Source of the DNA: Pyrinomonadaceae bacterium
GTDB taxonomy: Bacteria; Acidobacteriota; Blastocatellia; Pyrinomonadales; Pyrinomonadaceae
DNA length: 64,000 nucleotides
Direction of reading: 5' to 3'
Assembly (NCBI GenBank): GCA_044228425.1
Contig: JBGAUY010000007.1
Coordinates: forward strand, 2,126 to 66,125
In this document: piece by piece, positions 47,352 through 57,349 of the stretch
How positions within the stretch are numbered: the stretch's first letter is position 1
Layout of the letters: each line of letters opens with the position of its first letter
Translations under genes and position numbers: made by a program
The notes under the pieces: generated by a model
The model's database searches: none
Told to the model about the DNA's origin: nothing
Seen by the model: only the letters and a program-made list of their open reading frames with translations

Positions 47352-50096
47352 ATGAAAAGAGTCTTTTTGATCGACGCGATGTCGCACATTTTCCGTGCAT
47401 TTTTTGCCCCGATGGGCATGAAGCAGGAGCCGATGCACAACAGCAAGGGCCAGGTCACACAGGCCGTGTTTGTGTTTACGAACATGCTCCGCAAGCTGCT
47501 CAATGACGAAAAGCCCGACTACATCGCGGCGGTCTGGGATACGGCGGCACCGACATTTCGCCACGATTCGTTCGCCGATTACAAAGCAAACCGCGAAGCG
47601 ATGCCGGACGATCTGGCGTCGCAATTGCCGTATATTGCCCGCGTTTGTGAGGCGTTTAGCATCCCGATCCTCAAGATGGACGGCTACGAGGCAGACGACA
47701 TAATTGGAACCTACGCCCAGGAGTGCATCAAGCGTGAGATGCAGGCCGTCATCGTTTCAAATGACAAAGATCTGTGCCAACTCGTCCGCGATCCGTATGT
47801 GATCGCGATGCGGCAAAATTCAAACAATTTCAAACGCAAGGTGCCCGTGCCGCCGATCGAGTGGTGTGACGAGGCGTGGGTCAAAAACAAATTTGGCGTG
47901 CCGCCCGACAAGATCATCGATTTGCTCGGACTAATGGGCGATGCGGTCGATAACATTCCCGGTGCTCCCGGCATCGGCGAGAAAGGTGCTCTCAAACTCG
48001 TGCTCGAATACGGCTCCGCTCTCGGTGCGATGGAGCGTGCCGACGAGATCTCACACAAAACGTATCGCGAAAGCCTGCAAAATAATCAGGCGATCATCAA
48101 ACAATCGCTTGAGCTTGCGACGGTGCATTGCGAAGTGCCGATGGAGATCGACATCGACGCGTTAAAGGCCGGCGTGCCTGACCGGCAAAAAGCGTACGAG
48201 CTATTTCGTGAGCTGGAATTTAAGACGCTCACCAACGAATTTGCCGGTGCGGGTATGGTGTCTATGGACGCCGAGCCGGGGCTGTCCGGCGGATTGTTTG
48301 ACGCCCAGCCAAGCGCATCGGCATCGGCATCGGCTGCAACTACCAACTATTCTGTTATCAAAGACCGCGATGGCCTCGACAAACTCGTCCGCCGCCTGTT
48401 CGAAACTGACCGCTGGAGCTATCTCGTCAATGATGCGAACACCAACGAAAAGGCAAGTTGCTACGGCAAAGAGGCTCCGCTCGGCGTGGGCATCGGTTTA
48501 GGAAACGGCGAGGCTTTTTACATCGATCTCGAAAATTTTGACGGCGGTATCGATGCCGCAAAAGGCCCGCTCAAAGACATTCTGACTAATAGCTTCTTAG
48601 AAAAATCCGCCTACGACGAAAAGCGCAATCTTGGCCCGCTGCTCGCCCTCGGCATCCGCCCCGAGGCGGTCAAAGACGACATTCTGATCGCCGCCTATCT
48701 GCTCGAATCGACGCGTTCGACGTATCCGATTCCCTTTCTCGCACAGATCTACGCCGATACGGACGCGGCATTTGCCGTGCCGGAGGGCTTTGACGAACCG
48801 GCTTTTCGCACCGCGGAGAATGCAGATTTTGTGGCAAGGCTCGCGCCGATCTTAAGAGAAAAGATCCGCGAGAACGGCCTCGAAAAAGTATACGCCGAGA
48901 TCGAGCTGCCGCTGATCCCGATCCTCGCCGATATCGAACTAACAGGAATGAAAGTCGATGGAGAAAGCCTCAAGACGTTCTCGGAGTTCATTTCAAAAGA
49001 ACTGCAAACTTTGCAGGATAAAATTTTCGCGATCGCCGGGCGTGAGTTTAATATCGGCTCGCCGAAGCAGGTAGGCGAGATATTTGGCGAGCTAAATATC
49101 GAAACCGGACGCAAGACCGCGACCGGACAGATCTCGACAAGCCACGACGTTTTGGTCGAGCTAGCCGAAAATTACGAGATCGCCCAACACATCATCGACT
49201 ATCGCGAGCTTGATAAACTGCGTGCTACATACGCCGATGCTCTGCCCAAAATGATCGCCGCTGACGGGCGTATTCACGGGGCTTTGAACCAAACCGTCGC
49301 TGCGACCGGACGCTTAAGTTCGACCGAGCCAAACCTGCAAAACATCCCTGTTCGCACCGAGCTTGGCCAGCGTATTCGCAAAGCGTTCATCCCGGAAAAA
49401 GGCAATAAGCTGATCTCGGCAGATTATTCGCAACTGGAACTGCGCATCCTCGCACACATTACGCAGGACGCAAATATGCTACAGGCGTTCAAAAATAATG
49501 AGGACATCCACTCACAAACGGCAAAGCTCGTGTTCGGTGCAAAGGACGAGAAAGAACTAAAAGAAAAGCGTCGTCTGGCAAAGATCGTCAATTTTGGCAT
49601 CGCTTACGCGGTCGAGGCTTTTGGCCTTTCGCAGCGTGTCGGCATTTCGCGCAGTGAGGCAAAACAGGTTATCGCGGATTATTTCGCGACCTACAAAGGC
49701 ATTCGCGAATATATGGACCGCACGCCCGAACAGGCGCGTCAACAGGGCTACATCGCATCGCTTTTTGGCCGTCGGCGTTATTTCGCGTCGATCAACGACC
49801 GCAATTTTGCCGTTCGCTCGCGTGCAGAACGCGAGGCGATAAATATGCCCATCCAGGGCACCGCCAGCGACATCGTCAAGATCGCAATGATCCGCGTCGC
49901 CGACGCCCTAAAACGCGAAAAACTCGAAACCAAGATGATAATGCAGGTCCACGACGAACTGCTTTTCGAAGCCCCCGAAAGCGAGATCGAGGCCGCGTCC
50001 GCCCTCATCAAACGCGAAATGGAAGCGGCTGCGACGCTCGATGTCCCGGTCACCGTCGAGCTCGGCGTCGGCGACGATTGGATGAGCGCAAAGTAA
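47352..50096 (+). CDS. polA: DNA polymerase I
   Basis: The 5'-nuclease N terminus (LIDAMSHIFRAFFA), the pol motif A (ISADYSQLELRILAH), motif B (RRLAKIVNFGIAYA) and motif C (QVHDELLFE) are present. Confidence 0.97.
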   Translation: MKRVFLIDAMSHIFRAFFAPMGMKQEPMHNSKGQVTQAVFVFTNMLRKLLNDEKPDYIAAVWDTAAPTFRHDSFADYKANREAMPDDLASQLPYIARVCEAFSIPILKMDGYEADDIIGTYAQECIKREMQAVIVSNDKDLCQLVRDPYVIAMRQNSNNFKRKVPVPPIEWCDEAWVKNKFGVPPDKIIDLLGLMGDAVDNIPGAPGIGEKGALKLVLEYGSALGAMERADEISHKTYRESLQNNQAIIKQSLELATVHCEVPMEIDIDALKAGVPDRQKAYELFRELEFKTLTNEFAGAGMVSMDAEPGLSGGLFDAQPSASASASAATTNYSVIKDRDGLDKLVRRLFETDRWSYLVNDANTNEKASCYGKEAPLGVGIGLGNGEAFYIDLENFDGGIDAAKGPLKDILTNSFLEKSAYDEKRNLGPLLALGIRPEAVKDDILIAAYLLESTRSTYPIPFLAQIYADTDAAFAVPEGFDEPAFRTAENADFVARLAPILREKIRENGLEKVYAEIELPLIPILADIELTGMKVDGESLKTFSEFISKELQTLQDKIFAIAGREFNIGSPKQVGEIFGELNIETGRKTATGQISTSHDVLVELAENYEIAQHIIDYRELDKLRATYADALPKMIAADGRIHGALNQTVAATGRLSSTEPNLQNIPVRTELGQRIRKAFIPEKGNKLISADYSQLELRILAHITQDANMLQAFKNNEDIHSQTAKLVFGAKDEKELKEKRRLAKIVNFGIAYAVEAFGLSQRVGISRSEAKQVIADYFATYKGIREYMDRTPEQARQQGYIASLFGRRRYFASINDRNFAVRSRAEREAINMPIQGTASDIVKIAMIRVADALKREKLETKMIMQVHDELLFEAPESEIEAASALIKREMEAAATLDVPVTVELGVGDDWMSAK

Positions 50097-50725
50097 TGAA
50101 AACTAACCGCACAACTGTCAAACGCATCCCCAAACGCGGTGCTTACGACCGTGAGGCGATAAACGCCATCCTCGACGAAGCCTTCATCTGCCATGTCGGG
50201 TTTGTTGTAGACAGCCAGCCTTACGTTATCCCGACAGGTTATGCCCGCGTTGGCGGGGTTCTTTATATTCACGGCTCAGCGGCAAGCCGGATGCTCCGCG
50301 AACTGTCAGCGGGCATTGAGATTTGCGTGACCGTGACGATACTTGACGGGCTGGTTCTTGCACGTTCGGCATTTCACCATTCGATGAACTACCGTTCCGT
50401 CGTCGTCCTTGGCAATGCGACGCTCGTCACAGACGCAGCGGAAAAATACGACGCCCTCAAGGCTCTGACCGAGCATTTTGTACCCGGCCGCTGGGAGGAA
50501 GTTCGCTGGCCGACCGAGTTAGAGCTAAAAGCGACCAGCGTCCTCAAACTCCCGATCACCGAAGCCTCAGCAAAGATCCGTAGCGGCCCGCCTATCGATG
50601 ATGACGAAGATTATTCAATGGACGTCTGGGCTGGGGTAATACCGCTCACTCTCACACCGCATGAACCGGTTCCCGATCCAAAGCTCGCTCCCAATATCGA
50701 ACTACCCGATCATCTGTCTCCCTAG
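50096..50725 (+). CDS. Pyridoxamine 5'-phosphate oxidase-like FMN-binding family protein
   Basis: The start overlaps the polA stop (TAATG). GYARVGGVLYIHGSAASRM...SMNYRSVVVLG matches the PNPOx-like split-barrel pattern. Confidence 0.8.
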   Translation: MKTNRTTVKRIPKRGAYDREAINAILDEAFICHVGFVVDSQPYVIPTGYARVGGVLYIHGSAASRMLRELSAGIEICVTVTILDGLVLARSAFHHSMNYRSVVVLGNATLVTDAAEKYDALKALTEHFVPGRWEEVRWPTELELKATSVLKLPITEASAKIRSGPPIDDDEDYSMDVWAGVIPLTLTPHEPVPDPKLAPNIELPDHLSP

Positions 50726-50765
50726 CGGTTCTGACTATTCCTGATTCATCGTATAATCGCAAGAT

Positions 50766-52493
50766 ATGAAATCATTGAAGATCGCCCTTGCGCTGGTTCT
50801 CATTTCCATCACGACGGGCTATTCCCAGAGCGGCCACGGGAACATTCCACCCGCGTGGCTTACCGTCGCGGAAAAGACCGATTATAAGAAAACTTCCACG
50901 TATGACGAGGCAGTCGCTTTTTCAAAAAAACTCGCTCTGCTGATCGCCGCGACGGGCGGGGCTTTTACGCCGGAGCTGGCACGACGACAAGGAAAAGCCG
51001 TTGTCCTGATCCAAGCGGGTATTCACGCGGGCGAGATCGATGGCAAAGACGCGGGGCTCGCATTGTTTCGGGACATCGCCATCACAAAGACTCGCGCCGA
51101 TCTATTGAAAGACGTCGTCATCCTGTTCGAGGTCATCTACAACGTTGACGGGCATGAGAATTCGAACCCGTTCATGCGGATCAACCAGAACGGCCCCGAA
51201 GAGATGGGCTTTCGGGCGAACGCGACCAATCTCAATCTCAACCGCGACTATATGAAAGCCGACGCCCCCGAAACGCGTGCGTGGCTGGGTCTGTGGAACG
51301 AGTGGAAACCGGACGCATTTATAGATTGCCACGTCACGGACGGGGCTGATTTTCAATACAACTTAACTTACGAATACGCTCATTTTCAGGAAGTCTCGCC
51401 GTCGATAAAGAACTGGATGGACGAGCATTTTGACGGCAACGTCGTGCCAAAGGTCCAAAAAGAAGGCAATCTGCTGACGCACTACGTCGAGTTTGCCGGT
51501 CGCGAGATCACGAGCGGCATTGCGACATTTATTGCCACGCCGCGCTACGCGACCGGGTATACGCCGCTGCGAAACCGCGCGGGACTGCTGATCGAAACTC
51601 ACGTTTACAAGCCGTATAAGTCACGCGTTCGCGGCACTTACGACACGCTGCGTTATTTTATCGATGAGATCGGCAAGACAAAGGCTTCCCTTTTCGCTGC
51701 GAACGTCATCACCGACACGCAAACCATCGAACGCGGCAAAACCTACGACGATAAACGAGCGTTTCCTCTACGCCTCGATGTGACCGATAAGGCGACCGAG
51801 ATCGCTTTTAAGGGGCTCGATTACAAAATAGACGACTCGCCGATCTCAGGCGGCAAGCGACTCGTTTACGGAACCACGCCAAAAGATTACACGATTAAAA
51901 AATTTGACGAGGGCCGCGTGACCGCATCGGTCGCACCTCCGATTGGCTACATCTTGCCGGCGCAATATAAAGACGTGATCGAGGTGCTAAAGCTCCACGG
52001 GATCAAATACACGACGCTCAATAAACCAATGACGCTCGAAGTCGATAGCTATAAGCTGACTGAACCAAAATGGGCGACAAATTCATTCGAAAACCGCATT
52101 ACGCTAGCTTGCAAACCTGTCGCCATAAAAGAAAGACGTGCCTACGCCGCCGGCTCAGTCGTTGTTTCGCTTGACCAGGACACGGCAAATGTTGCCATCC
52201 ATCTACTAGAACCTTCCGGGCCAGATTCTTTCGTTTACTGGGGATTTTTTAACTCGGTATTTGAACAAAAAGAGTACGGCGAAAGTTATCAGATCGAAAA
52301 GCTAGCCAAGGAAATGCTTGCCGATGATCCGAAACTAAAAACAGAATTCGAAACGCGATTAAAAGAAGACGCTTTCGCCAAAAACCCGCGTGCGCGATTA
52401 AATTTCTTTTATGAACGCTCGCCTTATTATCTAAACCAAAAGGTTGGGATCTATCCTGTTGGACGAATCTTAACCAAACTAGAGCTAAAATAG
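50766..52493 (+). CDS. M14 family zinc carboxypeptidase-like protein, secreted
   Basis: A signal peptide is followed by VLIQAGIHAGEIDGKDAG (HxxE) and NLNRDY. Confidence 0.82.
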   Translation: MKSLKIALALVLISITTGYSQSGHGNIPPAWLTVAEKTDYKKTSTYDEAVAFSKKLALLIAATGGAFTPELARRQGKAVVLIQAGIHAGEIDGKDAGLALFRDIAITKTRADLLKDVVILFEVIYNVDGHENSNPFMRINQNGPEEMGFRANATNLNLNRDYMKADAPETRAWLGLWNEWKPDAFIDCHVTDGADFQYNLTYEYAHFQEVSPSIKNWMDEHFDGNVVPKVQKEGNLLTHYVEFAGREITSGIATFIATPRYATGYTPLRNRAGLLIETHVYKPYKSRVRGTYDTLRYFIDEIGKTKASLFAANVITDTQTIERGKTYDDKRAFPLRLDVTDKATEIAFKGLDYKIDDSPISGGKRLVYGTTPKDYTIKKFDEGRVTASVAPPIGYILPAQYKDVIEVLKLHGIKYTTLNKPMTLEVDSYKLTEPKWATNSFENRITLACKPVAIKERRAYAAGSVVVSLDQDTANVAIHLLEPSGPDSFVYWGFFNSVFEQKEYGESYQIEKLAKEMLADDPKLKTEFETRLKEDAFAKNPRARLNFFYERSPYYLNQKVGIYPVGRILTKLELK

Positions 52494-52499
52494 TAAACT

Positions 52500-52970
52500 A
52501 TGGCTGGGCTAATAAACGAATTTACCGCCATAACGCACGAGTTTAATCGGCAAGAGATCGATTACGCTGTCTGCGGCGGTTGGGCGGTAACCATACATGG
52601 TCTTGCTCGGGCGACACTGGATATTGATCTGTTGATCCGTACGGAAGATCTGGATAAAGCGATCGAGGCTGCTAAAAAGGTCGGATTTCATATCGAGGGA
52701 CTTCCCCTCAATTTTGACGGCGGAAAAACACAGATCAGGCGTATATCAAAGATCGATACCGAATCTAAAGAGTTGATCACATTAGACCTAATACTGGTCG
52801 GCGAAACTTACAAAGAAGCTTGGAAAGGCCGCAGAAAAGTAAGTTGGAAAAACGGTGATTACAGGGTTGTCTCTGTTAAAGGCTTGATACAAATGAAAGA
52901 GATCGCGGGGAGGCCCAAAGACTTGATCGATCTGGATTTTTTAAGAGGACTCGACGACGATGAAGACTGA
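52500..52970 (+). CDS. Small nucleotidyltransferase-fold protein (MNT/DUF6036-like)
   Basis: YAVCGGWAVTIHGLARATLDIDLLI is a G[GS]-x9-13-DxD-type motif, and the C-terminal GRPKDLIDLDFL is present. GC looks lower than in the neighbouring genes by eye. Confidence 0.65.
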   Translation: MAGLINEFTAITHEFNRQEIDYAVCGGWAVTIHGLARATLDIDLLIRTEDLDKAIEAAKKVGFHIEGLPLNFDGGKTQIRRISKIDTESKELITLDLILVGETYKEAWKGRRKVSWKNGDYRVVSVKGLIQMKEIAGRPKDLIDLDFLRGLDDDED

Positions 52971-53127
52971 TATGTCACCACAAGCCGTTACCAACCGGAT
53001 GGTCGCACTAGATCAGCTTTGGGAATTGACGGTAGCTCTTAAAAGCTCAAAGGTCGAAAAGGTTCCATCCGAGCCCTTAGACAAAGAATCTACCGAAAAA
53101 ACTTCTCAGCGTGAAGAAAACAAATAA
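52960..53127 (+). CDS. Possible 55 aa ORF overlapping both neighbours
   Basis: My own translation is MKTDMSPQAVTNRMVALDQLWELTVALKSSKVEKVPSEPLDKESTEKTSQREENK. There is no independent support. Confidence 0.2.
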   Translation: MKTDMSPQAVTNRMVALDQLWELTVALKSSKVEKVPSEPLDKESTEKTSQREENK

Positions 53128-54367
53128 CGGATTATTTGGCTGGGTCATTGTCGCCGTCTCGATGCTCGCACTGATAGTGAGCAACGGGCTCGCGATCGGC
53201 GGGCTGCCGCCTTTTTATAAGCCTATACGCGAAGAGTTTGTCGCGATCGGGGCGATCGACGCCGTGCGGGGTGAAACCTTTATTGCTAACGGAGCCAACA
53301 TCACATTCCTGATGTCCGGTGTTTTTTCGCTGCTTGGCGGCTGGTTGGTTACAATATTTCGACTGAAGCCGCTGATGATCGTCGGTTGTGCATTGCTCGG
53401 CGGCGGATTGATCGTGCACTCGCAAGCCGCGTCGGCCGAGATGGTCTATGTAGCTCGTTTTCTAATGGGAGCGTCGCTTGGGTTCATTGGTGTCGCACCA
53501 AACGTCGTGCTTGTATCGGGTTGGTTTGATGTAAACCGCGGCACCGCTCTCGGTATCGTTTTGACGGGCACAAGTCTCGGCGGCACGATCATCCCGCTGA
53601 TCGCCCAACCGCTGATCGCAAATTACGGCTGGCGTTCCGCAATGATCGCCATCAGTCTGATCGTATGGGTAGTGCTGCTACCCGCTATCATCTTTATAGT
53701 CAGAGAAAAGCCCGTCGAACTGCCTACTACCGCTGCAACTGCCACTCATCCAAACGGAGTTAAATTGACCTCAGCTCTTCGCAAACCAATATTTTGGGCG
53801 CTCGCGGCCTGTGCGGCATTGGTGTTTTATCCGATATTTGTGACCAGCCAGCAGTTCATCCTCTATTTGCAATCGCCGCGTTTGGGCGTGTCTGCGGAAA
53901 CAGCGGCGTTTGCTCAATCGGCTTTGTTTGCGATAAGCATTGGCGGCAAATTTATTGCCGGAGCTTTGAGTGATCGGCTCGGTGCGGTCAGAGTAATGGT
54001 GTTTTGCTCTTTCCTGATGTTTGCAGCGTCGCTTGTTTTGTTTGGGTTGTCGGCAAGCAACGCCCTCCTATTTTTGCTGCCGTTTGCACTTGGCTACGGC
54101 GGGACGTTCGTCCTTATTCAACGGCTGACATCGGATCTGTTCGGACGGCTTGAGGCCGGAAAGATACTGGGGGCGATCACGCTGATCGAGGTCATCGGGG
54201 CCGCGATCGGCGGCCGCATCACCGGATATCTTGCCGACAAAAACGGCGGTGATTACGCAACCGCATTTTACGGCGTGACGATCACAGCCGCTGCAGCATT
54301 TGTTGCAACACTCGTGATCTATGCGTTAAATAGAAAAAGGCCCGACGCAACAGCGACAAGCCTTTGA
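53111..54367 (+). CDS. MFS transporter
   Basis: The gene has a GTG start, about 12 TM helices, and 418 aa. Confidence 0.88.
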   Translation: MKKTNNGLFGWVIVAVSMLALIVSNGLAIGGLPPFYKPIREEFVAIGAIDAVRGETFIANGANITFLMSGVFSLLGGWLVTIFRLKPLMIVGCALLGGGLIVHSQAASAEMVYVARFLMGASLGFIGVAPNVVLVSGWFDVNRGTALGIVLTGTSLGGTIIPLIAQPLIANYGWRSAMIAISLIVWVVLLPAIIFIVREKPVELPTTAATATHPNGVKLTSALRKPIFWALAACAALVFYPIFVTSQQFILYLQSPRLGVSAETAAFAQSALFAISIGGKFIAGALSDRLGAVRVMVFCSFLMFAASLVLFGLSASNALLFLLPFALGYGGTFVLIQRLTSDLFGRLEAGKILGAITLIEVIGAAIGGRITGYLADKNGGDYATAFYGVTITAAAAFVATLVIYALNRKRPDATATSL

Positions 54368-54370
54368 TAA

Positions 54371-54447
54371 TGGTGGAGACGAGGAGGATCGAACTCCCGA
54401 CCTCTGCATTGCGAACGCAGCGCTCTGCCAAACTGAGCTACATCCCC
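54371..54447 (-). tRNA. tRNA-Ala (anticodon CGC)
   Basis: GGGGATGTAGCTCAGTTTGGCAGAGCGCTGCGTTCGCAATGCAGAGGTCGGGAGTTCGATCCTCCTCGTCTCCACCA carries the G3:U70 identity pair, and CCA is encoded. Confidence 0.95.
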
Positions 54448-54454
54448 AAATTGT

Positions 54455-54489
54455 AAAAAGCTTGGTCCACCTGGTCCGGACCGGACCAA
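54455..54489 (-). terminator. Probable intrinsic terminator after the ATP-grasp operon
   Basis: The minus strand reads TTGGTCC-GGTCCGGACCAGGT-GGACCAA followed by GCTTTTTAC. Confidence 0.5.
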
Positions 54490-54490
54490 A

Positions 54491-54742
54491 CTATTGTACG
54501 CCGGCTGGCAACAGTGATCCTTTAGGATCCGCGACGTACGCGTAACCGTCTTCGATCTTGCCGATCATGCCGTGAAAACTGATGTTCTCGCCCGACACGA
54601 CAACGACGACATCGCCGGGGCTGCTCTGCTTTTCATCGATCGGAAATTTAATGATCGTTGCGTTGCCGTTTTCCGATGCGACAACCTCGTATTCAAATGT
54701 TTCGGTGTCAAAACTGTGCGTCTGACAAAATGCTACTTCCAT
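54491..54742 (-). CDS. Small hypothetical protein (83 aa), last gene of the ATP-grasp/EEP operon
   Basis: The ORF starts 7 nt after the EEP stop and has beta-strand-like composition (GDVVVVVSGENISFHGMIGKIEDGYAYV). Confidence 0.5.
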   Translation of the reverse strand: MEVAFCQTHSFDTETFEYEVVASENGNATIIKFPIDEKQSSPGDVVVVVSGENISFHGMIGKIEDGYAYVADPKGSLLPAGVQ

Positions 54743-54749
54743 AAATTCA

Positions 54750-55955
54750 TTATTTCACATCGAGCTGAAAGTCTAAAGCGATGGCATCGTGGTCGGACAG
54801 GGGAAAGCCCTCGGCATCGATGAGTTCGCCGATGGTCTGCGGCGATGTTCCGTCTGCGATCTTGATGCCTTTTCCGGTAAACCAATCGAGTCTCGCCGAT
54901 ACTCGGCCGCCGACGCGACGCACCGCCCAAAAGATAAACGGCATGCACCACTCCGGCACCCAGTCGCGGAGATTTGTGTTTTTTTCGACGCTGTCGATGT
55001 CGTAGTGGAGCGTCCCGACGCCGATCTCATTAAAGCTTTTGTAATCAAAGCCGCGTGATTCAAGTTCTCCAAATAATCGCCGTTCAAAATAGCGGTCGGG
55101 ATGCGGCAGGTGATTTTTTACGACGTTTTTGACGCCCATCATCACACGCCGCCAATAGCCAAGTATCGCCCGCGTCGCGCTTTGCGAATTGTATGTCGTC
55201 GTGTTCCAATCGCCACCGATGATCACCGGCAGCGGTGGTAGCGTGTCGAGGTGATCGAGTATTATCTTGATCTGTTTGTGACGATGTGCCCGCGAACAAT
55301 GTGCGTCGAGATGCACCGTCACCGCACGAAACTTGCCCACCGGATGCTCAATGTCGGCGATCAATGCCCGCAGATAACCGAGCCGTTTCTCTTTGCCCCA
55401 CATCTTGTCCTTGCCATTTGGCAGCGGCACGGCATGGACGTTTGTCATCGGAAAACGCGAAAACATCGACAGCCCGTGGATCGACACGGTATTTTCGCCA
55501 TCCATATCCGATTCGACGCCGCTTCCCTTTTGCAGCGGGACATAGACCGGGGCGAATGCATAATTGAGCTTTAACTCGCGGGCGATCTCCTGGGCAACAT
55601 TGCGGTTGCCGCTGCGAGCCATGCCGTGATCGAGTTCGGTCAGCAGCAGCAAGTCTTTGTCTTTTAGCTTTTCGTTGTTTTTGAGAGCGTCAACGATTCC
55701 GTCAAAACGGATGCCGCGTTCGAGGTTCCAGGCGAGGGCCTTCACATCCCCGGTCGCTACAGTTCCCGGTACTGACAGAGCCTCAACCGCGACAGAGTTC
55801 AAAATACGCTCGACCTCGGGGCGGATCTTCGCGTACAGTTCCGACGCTTCCATTTCCGGCGTCGATTCAAACTTTAACAGCTCCGGAAAATATTGATTTA
55901 GATCGTGGTCGAGGATCGACGGCGGCCCTGTTTGTGTCGTATCTTGCGGTCCCAT
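54750..55955 (-). CDS. Endonuclease/exonuclease/phosphatase (EEP) family protein
   Basis: KALAWNLERG, LLLLTELD, TVHLDAH, IIGGDWNT and the C-terminal PLSDHDAIALDF (SDH) are present. Confidence 0.85.
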   Translation of the reverse strand: MGPQDTTQTGPPSILDHDLNQYFPELLKFESTPEMEASELYAKIRPEVERILNSVAVEALSVPGTVATGDVKALAWNLERGIRFDGIVDALKNNEKLKDKDLLLLTELDHGMARSGNRNVAQEIARELKLNYAFAPVYVPLQKGSGVESDMDGENTVSIHGLSMFSRFPMTNVHAVPLPNGKDKMWGKEKRLGYLRALIADIEHPVGKFRAVTVHLDAHCSRAHRHKQIKIILDHLDTLPPLPVIIGGDWNTTTYNSQSATRAILGYWRRVMMGVKNVVKNHLPHPDRYFERRLFGELESRGFDYKSFNEIGVGTLHYDIDSVEKNTNLRDWVPEWCMPFIFWAVRRVGGRVSARLDWFTGKGIKIADGTSPQTIGELIDAEGFPLSDHDAIALDFQLDVK

Positions 55956-56001
55956 AAAAAGACTTAGGATACGCTAGTGGCGGCGAAAATGAGAAATCGC
56001 A

Positions 56002-57279
56002 TTAGTCGTCGTACCGCTCCTTGACCGGTGCTACGGCAAGGAAATCGCTCGTGATCCGCTCGGTGTAAATGCGGATGAGTTCGTCAATGCGCGTCTGAGT
56101 TGTCGAATGAAATATCATCCCTACGTGTTTTGGTTTTTTGACCTTATAAACGATCTCGATGTCGTCATAATGTGACGTGTCGGGCTCATCGGTGTTTGCT
56201 AGAGCCAGGGTTATACCGGCAAAATCCTTACGCAGTTTTGGTAGCGAATACGGCGTTTCGGGGGTTTCGGTCTCAAGCTTTCCCCATTCTCGCCATAAAT
56301 TAAAGCCGCAGGCGTGTTCGAGGACGTTGGCGATATACGCCCCGCCGACTCGGCAGGCGACCTCAAGCAAATACAGTTTGCCGTCGGCTTCACTCTGTAA
56401 AAACTCGGCATGCGTGACGCCGCGTTCGTACTTAAAGGCCTTGAGCAGTTTGACGTTGAGCTTTTCGAGAGCCTTTCGCTCTCTTGAACCATATGGCACG
56501 ATCGACGACGTAAACACACCGCCGTAATGCGATACCTCGAACGGCGTTGTGCCGTACTGGCTGACGCCGCAAGCCGCTACCTTGCCGTTTACAACCACCG
56601 AATCGACGTGAAAAACGCGGCCTTTGATAAAGCGTTCGATCAGAAATTGCGACGGATGATCGCGCCAGTTGTTGCGGTTGTCGAGATCGGTCAGCACGTT
56701 CCAAACCTCGTCCGCCGTCTCGCATTTGCGGATACCAAATGCCGAAACCTCGTGTCGCGGCTTTACGATCCATGGTGCCTGAACATCTGTAAGAAATCTA
56801 TTTATCTCTTCCGCATTAAACGCGCCGGTAAATTGCGGACACGCAATACCGACTTGCGAAGCAATTCCCCGCATCGTCAATTTGTCGCGAAATCTGAGCG
56901 CGTGGGAACGGCTCATGCCGGGCAGGTTTAGGTGTTCGCGGGCCATCGCCGCGGTCAGGACGTCAAATTCATCCAGACCGACGACGTTGTCGATCGGCCT
57001 CGAACCCGCGATATTTGTTACGACGCGGACATAATCGCCGGGAAATGCATCGTCCTCGACCGTCTTTGCGTCATTGATCGCCGTCCACGCCCACGGATAG
57101 CCAAGTAGCTTTTTTCGCGTGACGAGCGTGACGTGCCAACCGGCATTATGAGCTTCTTCGAGAAACTCGTTACCCTTATGTTCGCTGATGTGTTTCTTCA
57201 TAGTCCTCAAGATCAAATGCTCGCAAGCGGCATCCATTTTCTCAACGAGAGATTTTTCTTTGAATGAAAAGAATGTCAC
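56002..57279 (-). CDS. ATP-grasp domain carboxylate-amine ligase-like protein
   Basis: PWIVKPRHEVSAFGIRK, FLIERFIKGRVFHVDSVV and LLEVACRVGGAYI form an ATP-grasp core. The GTG at 57279 may not be the real start, and MDAACEHLIL at 57237 is an alternative. Confidence 0.85.
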   Translation of the reverse strand: MTFFSFKEKSLVEKMDAACEHLILRTMKKHISEHKGNEFLEEAHNAGWHVTLVTRKKLLGYPWAWTAINDAKTVEDDAFPGDYVRVVTNIAGSRPIDNVVGLDEFDVLTAAMAREHLNLPGMSRSHALRFRDKLTMRGIASQVGIACPQFTGAFNAEEINRFLTDVQAPWIVKPRHEVSAFGIRKCETADEVWNVLTDLDNRNNWRDHPSQFLIERFIKGRVFHVDSVVVNGKVAACGVSQYGTTPFEVSHYGGVFTSSIVPYGSRERKALEKLNVKLLKAFKYERGVTHAEFLQSEADGKLYLLEVACRVGGAYIANVLEHACGFNLWREWGKLETETPETPYSLPKLRKDFAGITLALANTDEPDTSHYDDIEIVYKVKKPKHVGMIFHSTTQTRIDELIRIYTERITSDFLAVAPVKERYDD

Positions 57280-57349
57280 AATTTAGCAATTGAGACAACA
57301 AAAATGCGAGCTTTGTCGTAGGAATTGGTTCAGCTAAGTAATTGTTTTT

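Noticed and set aside
50900-51010. A possible internal deletion or frameshift pair in the M14 peptidase, since the segment LALLIAATGGAFTPELARRQGK replaces the usual domain-leading region
   Set aside because: The reading frame is continuous and the catalytic motifs follow normally. Without an alignment I cannot distinguish this from ordinary divergence.
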